DNA from: Octopus bimaculoides
Taxonomy: Eukaryota
Reading direction: 5' to 3'
Length of the DNA: 64,000 nt
Assembly (NCBI RefSeq): GCF_001194135.2
Contig: NC_068981.1
Location: forward strand, 152,997,814-153,061,813
The notes beneath the pieces were generated by a model, which saw only the letters and a program-made list of their open reading frames with translations, did not search any database and was not told the DNA's origin. The first letter of the stretch is position 1. Every line of letters begins with the position of its first letter. Position numbers and translations under genes: made by a program. Below are positions 35,700-49,560 of this stretch, piece after piece.

Positions 35700-35920
35700 C
35701 AGTAATCCCTCGACTATTGTGGGTGCTGTGTTCCACCCCCACCCCTGCAATAAGTGAAAATCCTCAAAGTAGAAACAGTACTGTACTGAATATTTTTTAA
35801 AATTATTTTTATAATTTATATTTATTTTATCATAAATGCAAAACAACACCATGGAGGAATGGACGTAAGCTTAAATAATAAACTGCGATAGGTGAACTGC
35901 AATATGGCAAGGGATTACTG
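35700..35920. mobile_element. pogo/Tigger-like MITE
   Basis: TA-CAGTAATCCCTCG ... GCAAGGGATTACTG-TA: TIRs with a TA duplication. Confidence 0.8.
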
Positions 35921-36814
35921 TAATGAAATATACTGTCTATCTGTTTGAATTAATTTTGAAAATAATCAAGAATTTTCAAGGATTTAATAAAATAATTTTA
36001 TCATTATTAAAGGTATTGTTTGTAATATAAACTTTAAAAATTTCTCATCTAAATTTATGACTGAAAGTTTTAATTTATATATGAACACCTTAGATGTTTT
36101 CTATCATTGAATCAGGAATGTTGGTGGTTTTGGAGAGATTGGTATAAAAAATGAAGCAATATTCACTGCCATTTTTTTTAGGCACTGAAGGAAACAAATC
36201 AATAGCTGTGAGCTTAGTTCGTCATTTTGGGAACTACAGTAGAGTTAGCTGTACTCATTAAGGATGTACTTTCATCATCATTATCATAATCATCATCTTC
36301 TTCTTCATCCCTACTAATCTTTATTCCTCATTCGTTTACTAAATATCATTTANNNNNNNNNNTATATATATATGTATATATATATATTGCTTAGTGTTCC
36401 TCTTTTTGTTTTCTTTTCCATTCTTTATTTTCTTCTACTATTTTTTTTTTTTTTGTTTCTCGCAATTCCTTTGTGACTTCTCTTGCTTGTTTTTTATGAC
36501 TTTCCAAGCATATTTTTTTTTGTTTTTTGCCTCTCTTTATTTTCCTGAATCGAATATTTTCTCCAACTAACATCATTCAACTGTTACAGTATTTTACCAG
36601 TGAACATGAACACTCAATAAATTAGTATCATAGTCCTTACAGATCTCTCCTACTTATGTGTACTTCTTTCTGATTGTCTATATCACACTCTTTTGCTCTC
36701 CCACCATCCTTGATCGCCTTCTTTTCTTCTCTTACCTTTCCCTCCTCTCTCTGTCTCTCCCTCTCTATGTCTCCTATTTTCCTATCCCCAGAAATCATCT
36801 ATATATTATCATCA

Positions 36815-37918
36815 TCATTTAATGTCTGCTGTTCATGCTGGCATGGGTTGGATGATTTGACCAGGCTGGTATGCTGGAAGGCTGCACCACACTCCAGTCT
36901 GATTTGGCATGGTTTTCTATGGCTGGATGCCCTTCCTAATGCCAACCACTCCAAGCGTGTAATGGGTGCTGAGAGTGTAATGGGTACTAACCTTAACCCA
37001 CTGGCATGGGTGCCATTTGTGTGACACTGCCATGACTGCAATTTTGCTCAGCTTGGTGGGTCATCTTCTCAAGCACGACATAATGCCAAAGGTCTCGGTC
37101 ATTGGCTCTGTGAGGCCCAACACTCGAAAAGCACTCAGCCACTTTGCCTCCATGAGGCCCAACGCTTAAAAGGTGTTCTTAATGTGCCACCAGCATGGGT
37201 GCCAGTTACTATGACTATGATTTCATTTGGTTTGACAGGTCCTCAAAAGCACAGCACATCGCCAAAAGTCTCGGTCACCAGTCATTACCTCTCTGAGGCT
37301 CAAAGTTCGAAGATCATGCTTCACCACCTCGTCCCATGTCTTCCTGGATCTACCTCTGCCACAGGTTCCCTCCACAGTTAGAGATTGGCACTTCTTTATA
37401 CAGCTGTCCTACTCCATATGCATCACATGACCATACCAGTGCAGTTGTCTTTCTTGCACACTACATTTGATGCCTCTTATGCTTGACTTTTCTCTCAAGA
37501 TGCTTACACTCTGTCGAACATGCACACTGACATTGCACATACAGTGAAACATACTGGCTTCATTTCTTTAAAGCCTACACATATCCTTGGGTGTCACAGC
37601 CCATGTTTCACTGCCATGCAGCATAACTGTTTGCACACAGGCATCAATCAATCTGCCTTTCACTCTGAGAGAGAGGCCCTTTGTTGCCAACAGGGTTAGG
37701 AGCCCTCTGAACTTTGCCCAACCTAATTTTATTCTCACAACTACACTCTCAGAGCATCCACTTCCACTACTAACTTGGTTACCTAAATAACGGAAGCTAT
37801 CTACTACCCCTAGCTTGCCCCACTGGCAGTTGAAGGAGTCTATTTTCTGCACATCATCAGTGTTTATTGTATGTGTGCATCTTCCACATACAAAAGCTAG
37901 TTTCCCTGTTAACCTTCT
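36815..37918 (-). mobile_element. 5'-truncated RTE-type LINE (LINE-2 family) with 3'UTR and (ATG)n tail
   Basis: Minus reads [13 protein letters not shown]...FRYLGNQVSSGSGCSESVVVRIKLGWAKFRGLL...LHGSETWAV...LHWYGHV...CGRGRSRKTWDEVV. This is followed by a 3'UTR containing gagtggttggcattaggaagggcatccagc...ccaacccatgccagcatg and an atgatgat tail. Confidence 0.9.
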
Positions 37919-37919
37919 T

Positions 37920-38246
<327 letters not shown>

Positions 38247-39599
38247 GTATATTGCACCAAATTATCAGCATGTCAGATAGAACGCTTTGCATTATGTATT
38301 GCAACTCTGTATTTCAAGTTCAAATTCCATTTAGGTCAACTTTGTCCTTCACCCTTGTGACATCAATAAAGCACAAGTCGAGTTGTGGAGTAGATTCTTT
38401 TCTCTCTTTCCTTTTTCTCTAAATCTTAATCTGTAATTCAAAGATATGGTCATGTCGTCACACTATACCATTCTAATTCAACCTATTACTTGTGTTAAGG
38501 ATATACATGTCCATGGGATACTTGATGTGTTGACAGAACTAATGAAATCTGATCTCTGGCTGCTGAAGCTTACAGCGCAAATGACAAGTGACTGTGAGTG
38601 GATGTTATACTTGTAGAAGACCTGTCTAACTTGTGCAAGAATAGAATAACAAGCATAGAAATGATAGTGATTTCACAATGATAATATCCCTTATTTGTTC
38701 TTTGATGTAACATTAAGTAAATATTTCATTTTAGTTATAATTCTTTAAAAAGAATATTAGCTTTTATTGGTTTCTTTGAAAAAGAATGTAATAAATACTT
38801 CCCATAACCTTACTGACAACGTTGGTTGTTGGACAAAGTTGTCACATAAAAATGCCTGTGCAGCACCATGTAAAAAGTGCCCGTGTGACATCACATAAAA
38901 AGTGCCTTTGTGGTGCCACATGAAAGCACCCAGCGCTCTCTCTAAATTGGTTGGCGTTAGGAAGGGCATCCAGCTGTAGAAACCAGCAGGGTTGAAATAT
39001 CTGTGTGGATAAGGTATCAAAATAACTGCTGATAAATTGGGAATTCAAATTTGATATAAATGTTTCATTGTTGTAGAGAAAAACATTTTATTCTACATCA
39101 CCGCAGATGATTGAGCTGTCACCAAATCATCTGTGATCAACCAATGCCTGAGTAAGAGGAACATTTATCAGATATCCACTTAATACTATGAAACTGGAGA
39201 TAAATACTGGCTTTTAGTCCTTTGGAGCTTAAAATGTATTTATATTACATTACTTCTAGATATAGATGAGACTTATTTCCTGATGCCTCTATATGGTAAC
39301 GTGACCTGCTAAAAATAGCAGAGATATCTTTTTCTTATCACATCCTTTCACTCTGAAAAAGAAAAAGACACATTTGGTATTTAGTCCTGGTTTTTCCTAA
39401 AAACTAAATGTTGAGATGGTCATATTATTCCAGTTGTCAGTATCCCTTCTTTTATTCAAACATAAGATGTTAATAAGAGTTAAAAAGATGCTTTTGAGAG
39501 ACACTTAGCTGCTTTATCTAGCTGTTTGAGAGAAATTCCTGTTAAAACTCTTCTGTTGATGTGACAAGAATATTGGTTTCACCGACTGGAAAATAACAA

Positions 39600-39824
39600 T
39601 TTAATCCTTTAGTATTTAAACTGCCATATCCAACCTAAATATTCTACCTGTTTTATGTTCAAACTGGCCAAATCCAGCCTCTCATACCTACCCTACAAAG
39701 TCATTCTAAAAATAAACAATTACATTTAAATCTTGAAGCTACGAAATAATACAGGATTAATTCAAAACAATATGGATAAATAAGCATAACATTTGACAGA
39801 GTAATCTGAATGCTGAAGGGTTAA
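39600..39824. mobile_element. piggyBac-type MITE (family P2)
   Basis: TTAA-TCCTTTAGTATT ... AATGCTGAAGGG-TTAA. The internal sequence is shared, inverted, with 23811-24024, 54581-54814 and partial 47085-47241. Confidence 0.85.
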
Positions 39825-42663
39825 ATTGATTATCATTTGAGGTAGCTTCTACATAGTAAGTTGTGCTGCTAAAAATAGCAGTGATATCTCCCTCATCTTG
39901 AAAAAAGAACGGACATGTTAAATAATGTAGTCTTAAATCCACTTAAAAGAAGAATTAGTTGGTCTTGGCATTCCATTTGTAAATGCTTTGACCAACCCAT
40001 CAATTTAAATTTGTGAGCATGTTTTATTTCCCAATTTAAATTGGTTGGAAAAAGAAAAGAAAAAAAGAACAAACTGGATACTAAATAATCATTAAAGGGT
40101 CTCTGTTACTTTCAACACCCTCTCATCCTCTCTGGTCTTCCACCCACAACTTCCACACCTCTTCACCCACATCTATTTTCTCCCTTTCATGTTATGCCTC
40201 TCTCCACACCATCCACCCTTATAATGTGGGATAGTGCTGGGCCCCTCCACCTCTACACAATCTACCTCATCATCCTTACTATTCTATCCCTTCTTTTCTC
40301 ACTAACCTCTGACACTAATCCCTTCCTAATCCCTTCCCTATCCCCATTCATTCTATAGTTCCTCCCCCAGTAGTGGCTGCTCTATTACCTTCTCTACTAC
40401 CTCTCACAATTATAAATCTACTCCTTTCATACTTCACCTTCTTTTCATTATGTTGTCTAAAATCCTCACACACACACACACACACACACACATGCTCTCT
40501 CTCTCTCTCTCTCTCTCCTATTTTTTTTTCAATGATAGAAGCCCCTTTAGGCCCTTTATTTTTGCAAGTTGCAAGGTGACCTTACTAATGGTGATGCCAC
40601 TAAAAAAGTTTCAGTACATTTTGTAAAGTGGTTGGTGTTAGGAAGGGCATCCATTCAAAGTAATTATGCCAAAACAGACATTGGAGCACAATGCAGTTCT
40701 TTGACTCATTGGATCCTGTTAAGCTGTCTAACTCATGCTAGCATGGAGAATGGACAGTAAATGATGATAATAATGACGATGATGATGATGAGGAGGAGGA
40801 GGATGGAGGTGCTGGTGGTGGTGATCCCATTTTTTTTCTTTTTTTGCTTCCTTTCTACTCTTTTAAAGAAGTTTAAAGTATTACATCATTTTCCTTTCTC
40901 TTATAAATTTGACTCTGAATATGAGAAAAATTTCTGTTTATAAAGTTTTGCCCTTGTATTGCTTTTGGTTTGATTTCTTCTGCTTTATATATCTTACATG
41001 TTCATTAAAATCTACAACTGTAGTTAAAATTTCTATTAAATTTGCCAACTCATTATTTGTGTCTGGCATCACTACTGCTGCTTTCACATCTCCAGCTTGT
41101 TCCCATCTGCATTTTGCATGCATAATTTCCCTATTTAAGTTTTGCTTTATTGGCAGTTGCACATTTCTCCTAATGCTAATGCATGTAGCAAATTACATTA
41201 ACTGTTGCCATGAGAGATGAGACTAGATGTGAAACAGCAGAGCTTATGAAGTTAGCACAAATTGTATATGCCATCAGGTGGTCTTGAATATAATTACTGC
41301 AAGCAAACATTGCACCAACAGTGATTGTGCTAATGTTAATATCAGGGGAAAGGTGGAGGACACAAACCCTTTACTGTCTTATTTGTAATACAATTTACCA
41401 AATCTGATTTCTCTAAGTGGTTGAGGCAACATTAATTCTCATTTGGTAAATGGAGTTGAGAGAGAAAGTTTAGCTTCATAGTGTAGGTGGTTTGGTGAAG
41501 TGAGGTGGAGTGGTTGGGCTGTGAAGAAGTGAGCAGATGCTATACTGTGTGCCAGCTCCTAAATAACATGGCTAGGTGGACAAGGAACAGGACTGATATT
41601 CAAATTGACGGAAGGTTTGTTAGAATACGAATGAGAGAGTTGGTTGGGGTGGAGGCAAAGGGTAAACCATTTTAAGACTGGCTGTATACATCCTTTTCTT
41701 GATCATGCTTGTTTTTGCTTCAACTACTGTTTGTCTTGTACACAAAGGTGCCTTTTGATTATATTCAATGTTGATTCCATTTCCATAGCAGAATGAACGA
41801 GATTAAGATACCTCACGGCTCTTGTTGGTGTTGGGAGTCCTGTATTCTTTGAACTGTTAATGTTTCTGTTTAAAACGAGAGAGAGAGAGAGAGGGATGCA
41901 GATAAAAAGAGAGATAGAAAGATGCAGAGACAGAGGGTTGAATATTAAAAAGGAAAGGAAATGGCATTGTACAGTGTTGTTTGTCAGAACAGCAGCCAGA
42001 GTATTCTAATTGAGTGACACCAACTTATGGACACAGCCAATTTACTACTGATGGGCAACATCTACAGGGGAAAGACCTTTTGTCTTCAGGTCATGAACTA
42101 AAAATTTACACTATCTAAATATTTTTCATTTATTTTCTGGTATGAATAGTCAATTCTTGTGATCACCCACCTCCACTACCTGTCTCTCCTCTTTCCTCCC
42201 TTCAGTCTCATTTCTTTCCTTTTGATTTTTTTATCTTTTTCTCCTCTCCTTTTCTCTCTTTCTCTCTCCTCTTCTACTGTTTTTACTTTCAACTCAACAG
42301 TTTCTTATTAGATTTACTCTCATTCTCTACAGTTTTCTTCCCATCTGTGACTTGTCATTTTATTTCTTATTTCCTTGTTTTTTTCTTTTTCTATTTTTTT
42401 TTTATTTTGTTCTTACCTGTATTAGTTCTCTGTAACTTTCAGTTTTGTTGCCTCTAAATATTGTTACACTCTTCAGAAACCATTATTAAAATTAGAAACA
42501 TTGGACAATGCCTTGCAGTGATATACTGAATGAATTTTATATATGAATATATTTAACTTTGCCATTCAAAAATCTATAGTTTAAGCTCAAATCTAGAAGA
42601 AAAAAACCTCAGCTTAATTTCATTAATTTCATTAATTTCATTATCATCATCATCATCATCATC

Positions 42664-42699
<36 letters not shown>

Positions 42700-43981
42700 C
42701 TTAGTTTTCCATGCTTGCATGGTTAGACTGAATTTCTTGCCATTCCTCACCTGTTTTCAAGTCAGGCAATATTTCCTCATGGTCAAACATGTTTCCCACA
42801 GGATTTTCGAAACAAATGACATTACTTAAGTGACAGTGATACTCTTTTACAACCATCAGATGATATCAAGTCAAGAATACATACACACAAAAATACATGT
42901 ATGTACATACATACATACATACATACATACATTCCTACATACATACGTGCATGCATGAGAATCTGGATAAACTGGGATTTTCAGAAAGAGAAATCGACTG
43001 GCTAATTTGTACAAGTGTAATCTGTGAGTGGAACAGTAAAAATATGCAAGACTTTTCTCAAGTTCCAAATGTGAATCTGTCTGTGTTAACTACATCCCAA
43101 AGACGGAGCCTTGTATCTTTGTTGGAAACCAGCTCCCTCCTCAGAGGAAGATTTATAATGATTAAAAAATAGAAGAGGCATACATACATAGCTTGGCCCA
43201 GGTATATAGTAGAAGACACATTGGGGCTAACCCTTAAACTACATGGTCAGAAAGCAAACTTCTTAACCGCATTTAATTCAAAATAAAGCAAAGCTATGAG
43301 ATATCTTGTATATTTCTATAAAGTTTCTCTTTAAGGAACTTACTATTGGAAACCCAATAATCAAACATTGGTGAATTTAAAAAAATTTACTCCAAATTTT
43401 TCCCAACAAGTGATTTCATTTTCCCTTGTATTGTGAAAAAACAATTTTCTTACTATTTACCTGGTTTTTTAGAGATAAAAAATCTTCATTATCATTATCA
43501 GCATTTTACATTCACTTTTCACTATTGACACAATATGTAAGGATGCAATGTACCCATTCTAAAGCAGGAATACACGAGGTAGACATGAAAAGAAAAAAAA
43601 TCATTTGCTAATATTTCTATCTAAAGGAAGGTGGCAAGCTGCCAGAATCATTAGCACAGCAGGAGAAATGCTTAGTGGCATTTTGTCAGTCTTTACGTTT
43701 TAAGTTCAAACTCCACCATGGTCAACTTTGTCTTTCAATCTTTTGGGGTCAATAAAATAAGTACCGATTGAATACTGGGGTCAATGTATTTGACTCCCCC
43801 TCACCCGAAATTGCTGGCCTTGTGCCAAAATTGGATATCAGTACCCCAGCATTGACACATTATACTTTCAAGTGTGATTCCTAATATCTTTTATCAAATC
43901 CACTCACAAAGCTTTGGTTAGCCTGGACCCAAGATCAGGAGCTGAGAAGCAAACTTCTTACTACACAGCCATGCCTCCACC

Positions 43982-44195
43982 TGCCAGTACCGCCTGACTG
44001 GCCTTTGTGTGGGTGACACGTAAAAGCCCCCACTACACTCTCAGAGTGGTTGGCGTTAGGAAGGGCATCCAGCTGTAGAAACTCTGCCAAATCAGATTGG
44101 AGCCTGGTGTTGCCATCTGGTTTCACCACTCCTCAGTCAAATCGTCCAACCCATGCTAGCATGGAAAGCGGACGTTAAACGATGATGATGATGAT
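43982..44195 (+). mobile_element. Young LINE-2 3'UTR copy
   Basis: Near match to 446-660 with (GAT)n tail. Older partial copies lie near 9400-9620(-), 21540-21700(-), 24980-25110, 31411-31490, 38830-38990, 40580-40790, 42650-42800(-) and 58900-59040. Confidence 0.85.
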
Positions 44196-44598
44196 GTTAA
44201 TGTAAAGTTCAAAACAAGAAAGGATGTGATGAAATGGTCAGAACATCAGAACATATAGTTAAATTTAACAATATACAGTAATGCCTTGATAAATGAGTCA
44301 ATTCGTTTCTGGGAAAACACTTGTAAAAAAAAAACAAACATTGAATGATGATGATGACAGACAAAGCTACACACATACTTATATATATTCTTTTATTCTT
44401 TTACTTATTTCAGTCATTTGACCATGCTGGAGCACCCCCCTTTAGTCGAACAGATCGACGCAAGGACTTGTTCTTTGTAAACCTAGTAATTAAACAATCG
44501 GTCTCTTTCACCGAATCGCTAAGCTATGGGGACATAAACACACCAGCATTGGTTGTCAAACGATGGTGGGGGATGGACAAACACAGACACACACACAC

Positions 44599-44641
<43 letters not shown>

Positions 44642-46774
44642 GCTTCTTTCAGTTTCAGTCTATCAAATCCACTCACAAAGCTTTGGTTGGCCTGAGGCTA
44701 TAGTAGAAAACCCTTGTCCAATGGGAACTACGTGAGAAAGTAAAATAAATGTGTTGAATAACATTTTACTATGCAAAATCACTTCATTTCAACGTTGGAG
44801 ATGTGAAAAGCAGTAAGGTTTGACATTGACTTTGAACAAACGTGTGTTTATGAAGTGACCAAGAAACTAGGTGAATGACCAGAGTGGTCATTTTTCTGTA
44901 AGTGTAAATAATACAAGAGTGAAAGCCTACTTAGATGAGGGGGGTGGGTGGAGAGTTGCAGCTAATTAAGAGGGGTGGAGTGGAGGATGGTTGTCTTTGT
45001 ATTTAAAAAGCCATTGGTTGCCACATGGGAGTATTTTTTTCCCTTCCAGATTCTTGTCCATCATTCTTATTTCCACTCTTAGCCTTTCTCTCTCTCCTGT
45101 AATTATATTTTCCTCTCTTCTCTCTCACAACATTTCAATATCACTCTCTTGATGTCAACTTCATTATTTTTTTTTCAACTATTTTTATCTCCCTTCTTTT
45201 TATTACTTCATCTTTTTTCTCGTCTTTGCTTGCTCTTTTTGCTTTTCTCTCTCGTCACCCTTCTCATTCTCTCTCTCTCTCTCTTGTCATCCCGCTCTTT
45301 CTCTCTCTCTCTCTCTCCACCCCACCCCTTCTCTCTCCTTCATCTATCTATTCCTCTCTCTCTTCTATCTGCTGTCCTTACTTTCATTTCTCCCTCCCTC
45401 GCTCCTCGAGTCTTCTCTTTAATGATGAATTAGAGAACTTCAATTATTTGCAACTGCTTAAGAACATAAAATGCTCCTTGCCACCCCCAGACCCTTTATA
45501 GCCAGTCTTTGTGCAGAGCAAGCTAGCATGCAAGCACCTATCATTAACAGGAAATTAGACACAAATGAGTGACTGTAGGAGTGGGAGGAGAGAGTGTAAG
45601 AGCTGCCTTGTGTCTCCCTAAAGGTGTCACTCGGCATTGCTATGAAAATAACAGGCTAGCACTAGAGTTTGCCACAAATTAGATTATAACTTCAAACAAT
45701 GTTATAACACTAGTAATAGGCCATTGTACCAAGTCTGTCATTATGTAAGTAATATCTTGTCACAACGGCTTAATTAACACAGATAACGAGCTAACAGCTA
45801 ACGGTCGTCAGAAACTGGATATTGATGCTATCGTACAGTTTTAGGGATCAACTGAAATAGAAGTAACTAATCAGGATTCCTACAGGCTGCCTCTTCTGTT
45901 CATTGGTGGTGGCATCATTGAAGCTAGTTATCTGGATGTGTTAAATAACTTGTGAATTGTATTGAGAAATAGCTACTATAGCTATTGTTGAATGGTTTAA
46001 CTAGTATAGTCTTAGTCTAAATTTTTCTAGCCTATAAAATTCTAACCTGGTCTTAAATAGTGTCTGTTATTATCAGACACTGTATAATTATATCATTGTC
46101 TATTCACTATGTATATGAAGAGAGACAACAAAACTATATCTTTTCCAATACAGTTGTCAGCTTGTATAAGTTCTTATAGTCTCCTGTTCATTAGACTATT
46201 ATGATCACAGCTTCTTTCTTTTTGGTTTGCCAGTCTATTTTTGTGCAGCTGTGCATATATGCATGCATGCATACATGCTTACATTAATTCTTTTTTCTGG
46301 AGTACCACAGTTTTTAACTAGTAACAGTCATGTCTCAAATTTACCTCTTTCATTATGTTATGAGACACAAATACTATACAGACAGAAGCATTTCACAATG
46401 GAAATGAAAACTAAACTTAAAACAATAAAATCCATTTAAATATTTTGTTATGGGTAGTGGTGGCAGAATCCATAGAGTGTTTGGTAAACTACTTGTGCAT
46501 AGTGTTGTAGAGTGTTGATATAACTGTATTCTTGAAGGTGACATCCCAGCATGGCTAAAGTAAAAGAACTAAAGAATGCACTCAGAATTATTTTGCTATG
46601 AAGATTGTACAGAATATTTATTATAATATATTTCTTTATTTGATGCTATATGAGAAGCTAGAGCGAATGTTATAGCCTAAATGAATCAATAAGAGTCAAG
46701 GTGTTTTTGCACCCACCATTATCTTTCAGATTACTTTCTCAAATGTAAAAAAAAAATTTTTTTAAAAAAAACCT

Positions 46775-47070
46775 GAAGGGTAAATACCCTCTTCAGTCAG
46801 ATTGCACCTTGAAAGTTCCTCTCCGAGGCACAAATCCAGGAAAGGTTGTTTATGGAAGACCAGCAGTCACCCATTCATACCAGCCTCCCCTTATCCAAGG
46901 GAAATGCAAAAGCCAATACAGCTTGGTACCAGTGGCGTTACAACTCATTTCTACAGCTGAGTGAACAGGAGCAATGTGAAATAAAGTGTCTTGCTCAAGA
47001 ACACAACCTGATCTGGGAATCAAACTTCATGATTTTGAACCTGATGCTCTTACCATTGAGCCATGTGCTT
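46775..47070 (-). mobile_element. SINE family D, inverted copy
   Basis: Contains ggttgtttatggaagaccagcagt...gaaataaagtgtcttgctcaagaacacaac, shared with 10800-11130. Confidence 0.8.
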
Positions 47071-47885
47071 TATCTATTCACATTGTTTTGAACTAATCAT
47101 GTATTATTTTGTAGCTGTGTTTGAGATTTCAATGATGTGTTTGTATATTTTTAGAATGACATTATAGGGTAGGTGAGGGGCCAGATCTTGACAGGTAGAA
47201 TATTTGAGCCAGATACGGTCAGTTTAAATGTTAAAGGGTTGATATTATCTGTGCGCAAAGATAACATAGGCTCTGTTGACAAGGGACGGGAAATCCCAGA
47301 TGTAATTTGAAAAAGTAAGGGTGCTTGTAGATTGTGGGGTTCTTGACAATATCTTTTACTGAGGTTTATATTACTTACACCTTGCTGCTGTTTAACCCTA
47401 AGTCAATCTCTTTAAACCTATGATTAAAGTTGATCCAACCTTGACCATCAAGTCTTCCTTTTTTTGCTTTTTCAGATATGATGGTATATAAAGTCTACAT
47501 TATCTATTGTATTTCTCCCTGAGGATATTATTTAAGAGACATTTAGCTATTATTTCTAGCAGGTCAAGCATCCATATGAACTCCCTCATTTGCTTGATTT
47601 CATTAGTGCATAGGTCATTCTGGGTGGAAGCAAGAATTTAACCACTTCTTTAAAAATTACTAAAAAGAATTTCCTGTTTTTTTTAAAAAATTTAATGAAG
47701 TTTATGTTTGTTATAGTTACATAACAAAATACAGTTTCCCTACAGCAATTAATGTATACATAAATATAAATTTGCTGATTTCTCTTTTTTATGGTCATCT
47801 ACTGATGTTTTCAATCTTTCAGTATTCAGATGTAATTTCGGTATTAAGATGTAATTACTAATATAACCTTGTTCTGTTTTTGCAG

Positions 47886-47957
47886 AATTTCCCCTACACT
47901 AAAGTTGATGTACCAACTATTATTGCTAAAGCATGTGAGCTGGATGGATACAGGTAG
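47886..47957 (+). CDS. TBC1D13: TBC1D13 last coding exon with stop codon
   Basis: Acceptor ccttgttctgtttttgcAG, phase 0. Reads NFPYTKVDVPTIIAKACELDGYR then TAG TAG; human recalled as DYPITDVCQILQKAKELQDSK*. The exon probably continues to the GG|GTAAGT donor at 47986/47987. Confidence 0.9.
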   Translation, partial: NFPYTKVDVPTIIAKACELDGYR

Positions 47958-48502
47958 TAGATATCAGTGGGACTGTTTCTATTTGGGTAAGTACCGTTTA
48001 TTTCGGACTAACAAAGTCTGTATGAAATATATGTGAGTGACAAGGGCAGCATTAATACTGGGATTTTAAGTGGGGATAAATATTACCTTTCTGTAAAATA
48101 CATATATACACACACACATATATACACATATATATATGGGAGTGGCACTCTGTTGGTTATGATGACGAGTGTTCCAGTTGATCTGATCAATGGAATACCA
48201 TGATCCTGAAATTAACGTGTGAGTGGCTGTGCACTCCACAGACATGTGTACCTTTAATGTAGTGCTCAGGGAGATTCACTGTTATAAGGCTGGTCCTTTG
48301 AAATACAAGTACTACTTATTTTTGCCAGCCAACTGAACTGGAGCAACATGAAATAAAATGTCTTGCTCAAGGACACAACAATCTTTTTTTTTTCTTTTTT
48401 GTAGTTTTGATGATTGAGATTACTTAGCAATATCTAACGAAAATATTTTTTGAGATTGTTTCCATTGATATTTAAATAATTTTTTTTTTTGTTTACTTTC
48501 AG

Positions 48503-49560
48503 ACTCCTGTTATTGTTACTGTGTAAAGTTCGGGGTGTGTGGCAGAATTAATCCCATGTCACTCTCTGTTCTGACTTGGCACCAACTACAACTAAAGCAT
48601 GGCTCTGCTAATATTCTTTCTAGCCACATCAAATTTACACTGCTACATTTCCACACAACTATGGCTTTAGTGTGCAATTTTACATGCTCTCCTCTTTTCA
48701 CTGTTGTTTATACCTGTCTACATACAAAGCCAGTTTGTTCAATTTTGTCATGGTTAAAATACTCAGCTCATTTTGTTCAGCCATGATAATGAAACCAAAC
48801 TTACTAACTAACTATTGCTTGTTCATCCAAAAACTGCATCAGTACTTGTAACACAACTACTAATACTACTACTACTACTACTACCACCACTATTTAAATG
48901 CTAACACTATATTTAAAGATGAGGCTTGTTCTCCTTCCCTGCCTTCTCATTTTTATACACATCCCTTTACACATGCACTATAGCAACTGCATGAAAAAAA
49001 TTGAGATTGGGAATGAGTTTCTGAAGTGTACGGCTTCAGGAATATTTTGTTTTGCTGACGAAAATAAATACTAAATTCTGATTTATTTTCTATTTTGAAA
49101 GAACATCTCTAAATGTGTTGGTGAGTAGTCTGTGATTCCATAAGAACTGATTACAAGAATTGATAATTTCAAGTTCAGTTGTGAGTAAAGCAATGTTTAA
49201 GTCTCTAAAACATCAAGAAGTAGCCGTTTACAGTTTATTTAAACTCTCTATTTATACTCTTTGATGAATTTTCAATTGAATTTGGATTGATCCAAATTTT
49301 TCATTAAGAAATTCACTTCATTATCACTAATGGGCCACACAGTTATTACAGTAAAGTAGCTGGGGAAGAAATTATCATCATGAGAAAGTATTCAATTCTT
49401 TGTTTTATGTTTTTTTTTGTTTTTTTAATTTCGATTTAGCCCTAGATGATATTTTAATTATTTCATCAAATAATTCATTACTCTAATTTAGTTTGACTGA
49501 AATTATCAAATGTTTTAACTCCCTTTTAAAAAATAAATGAATAACAAACAGCACTAAATA
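48503..49560 (+). other. TBC1D13: Probable terminal 3'UTR exon of TBC1D13 (3' end uncertain)
   Basis: Strong acceptor (long T run)gtttactttcAG at 48501-02 pairs with donor GTAAGT at 47987. Downstream sequence is AT-rich with no SINE I can recognise until about 50600. AATAAA at 49063 and 49532. Confidence 0.55.

Noticed and set aside
40938-41220. ORFs of 74 and 103 aa on opposite strands
   Set aside because: No recognisable domain and no convincing splice-site pair.
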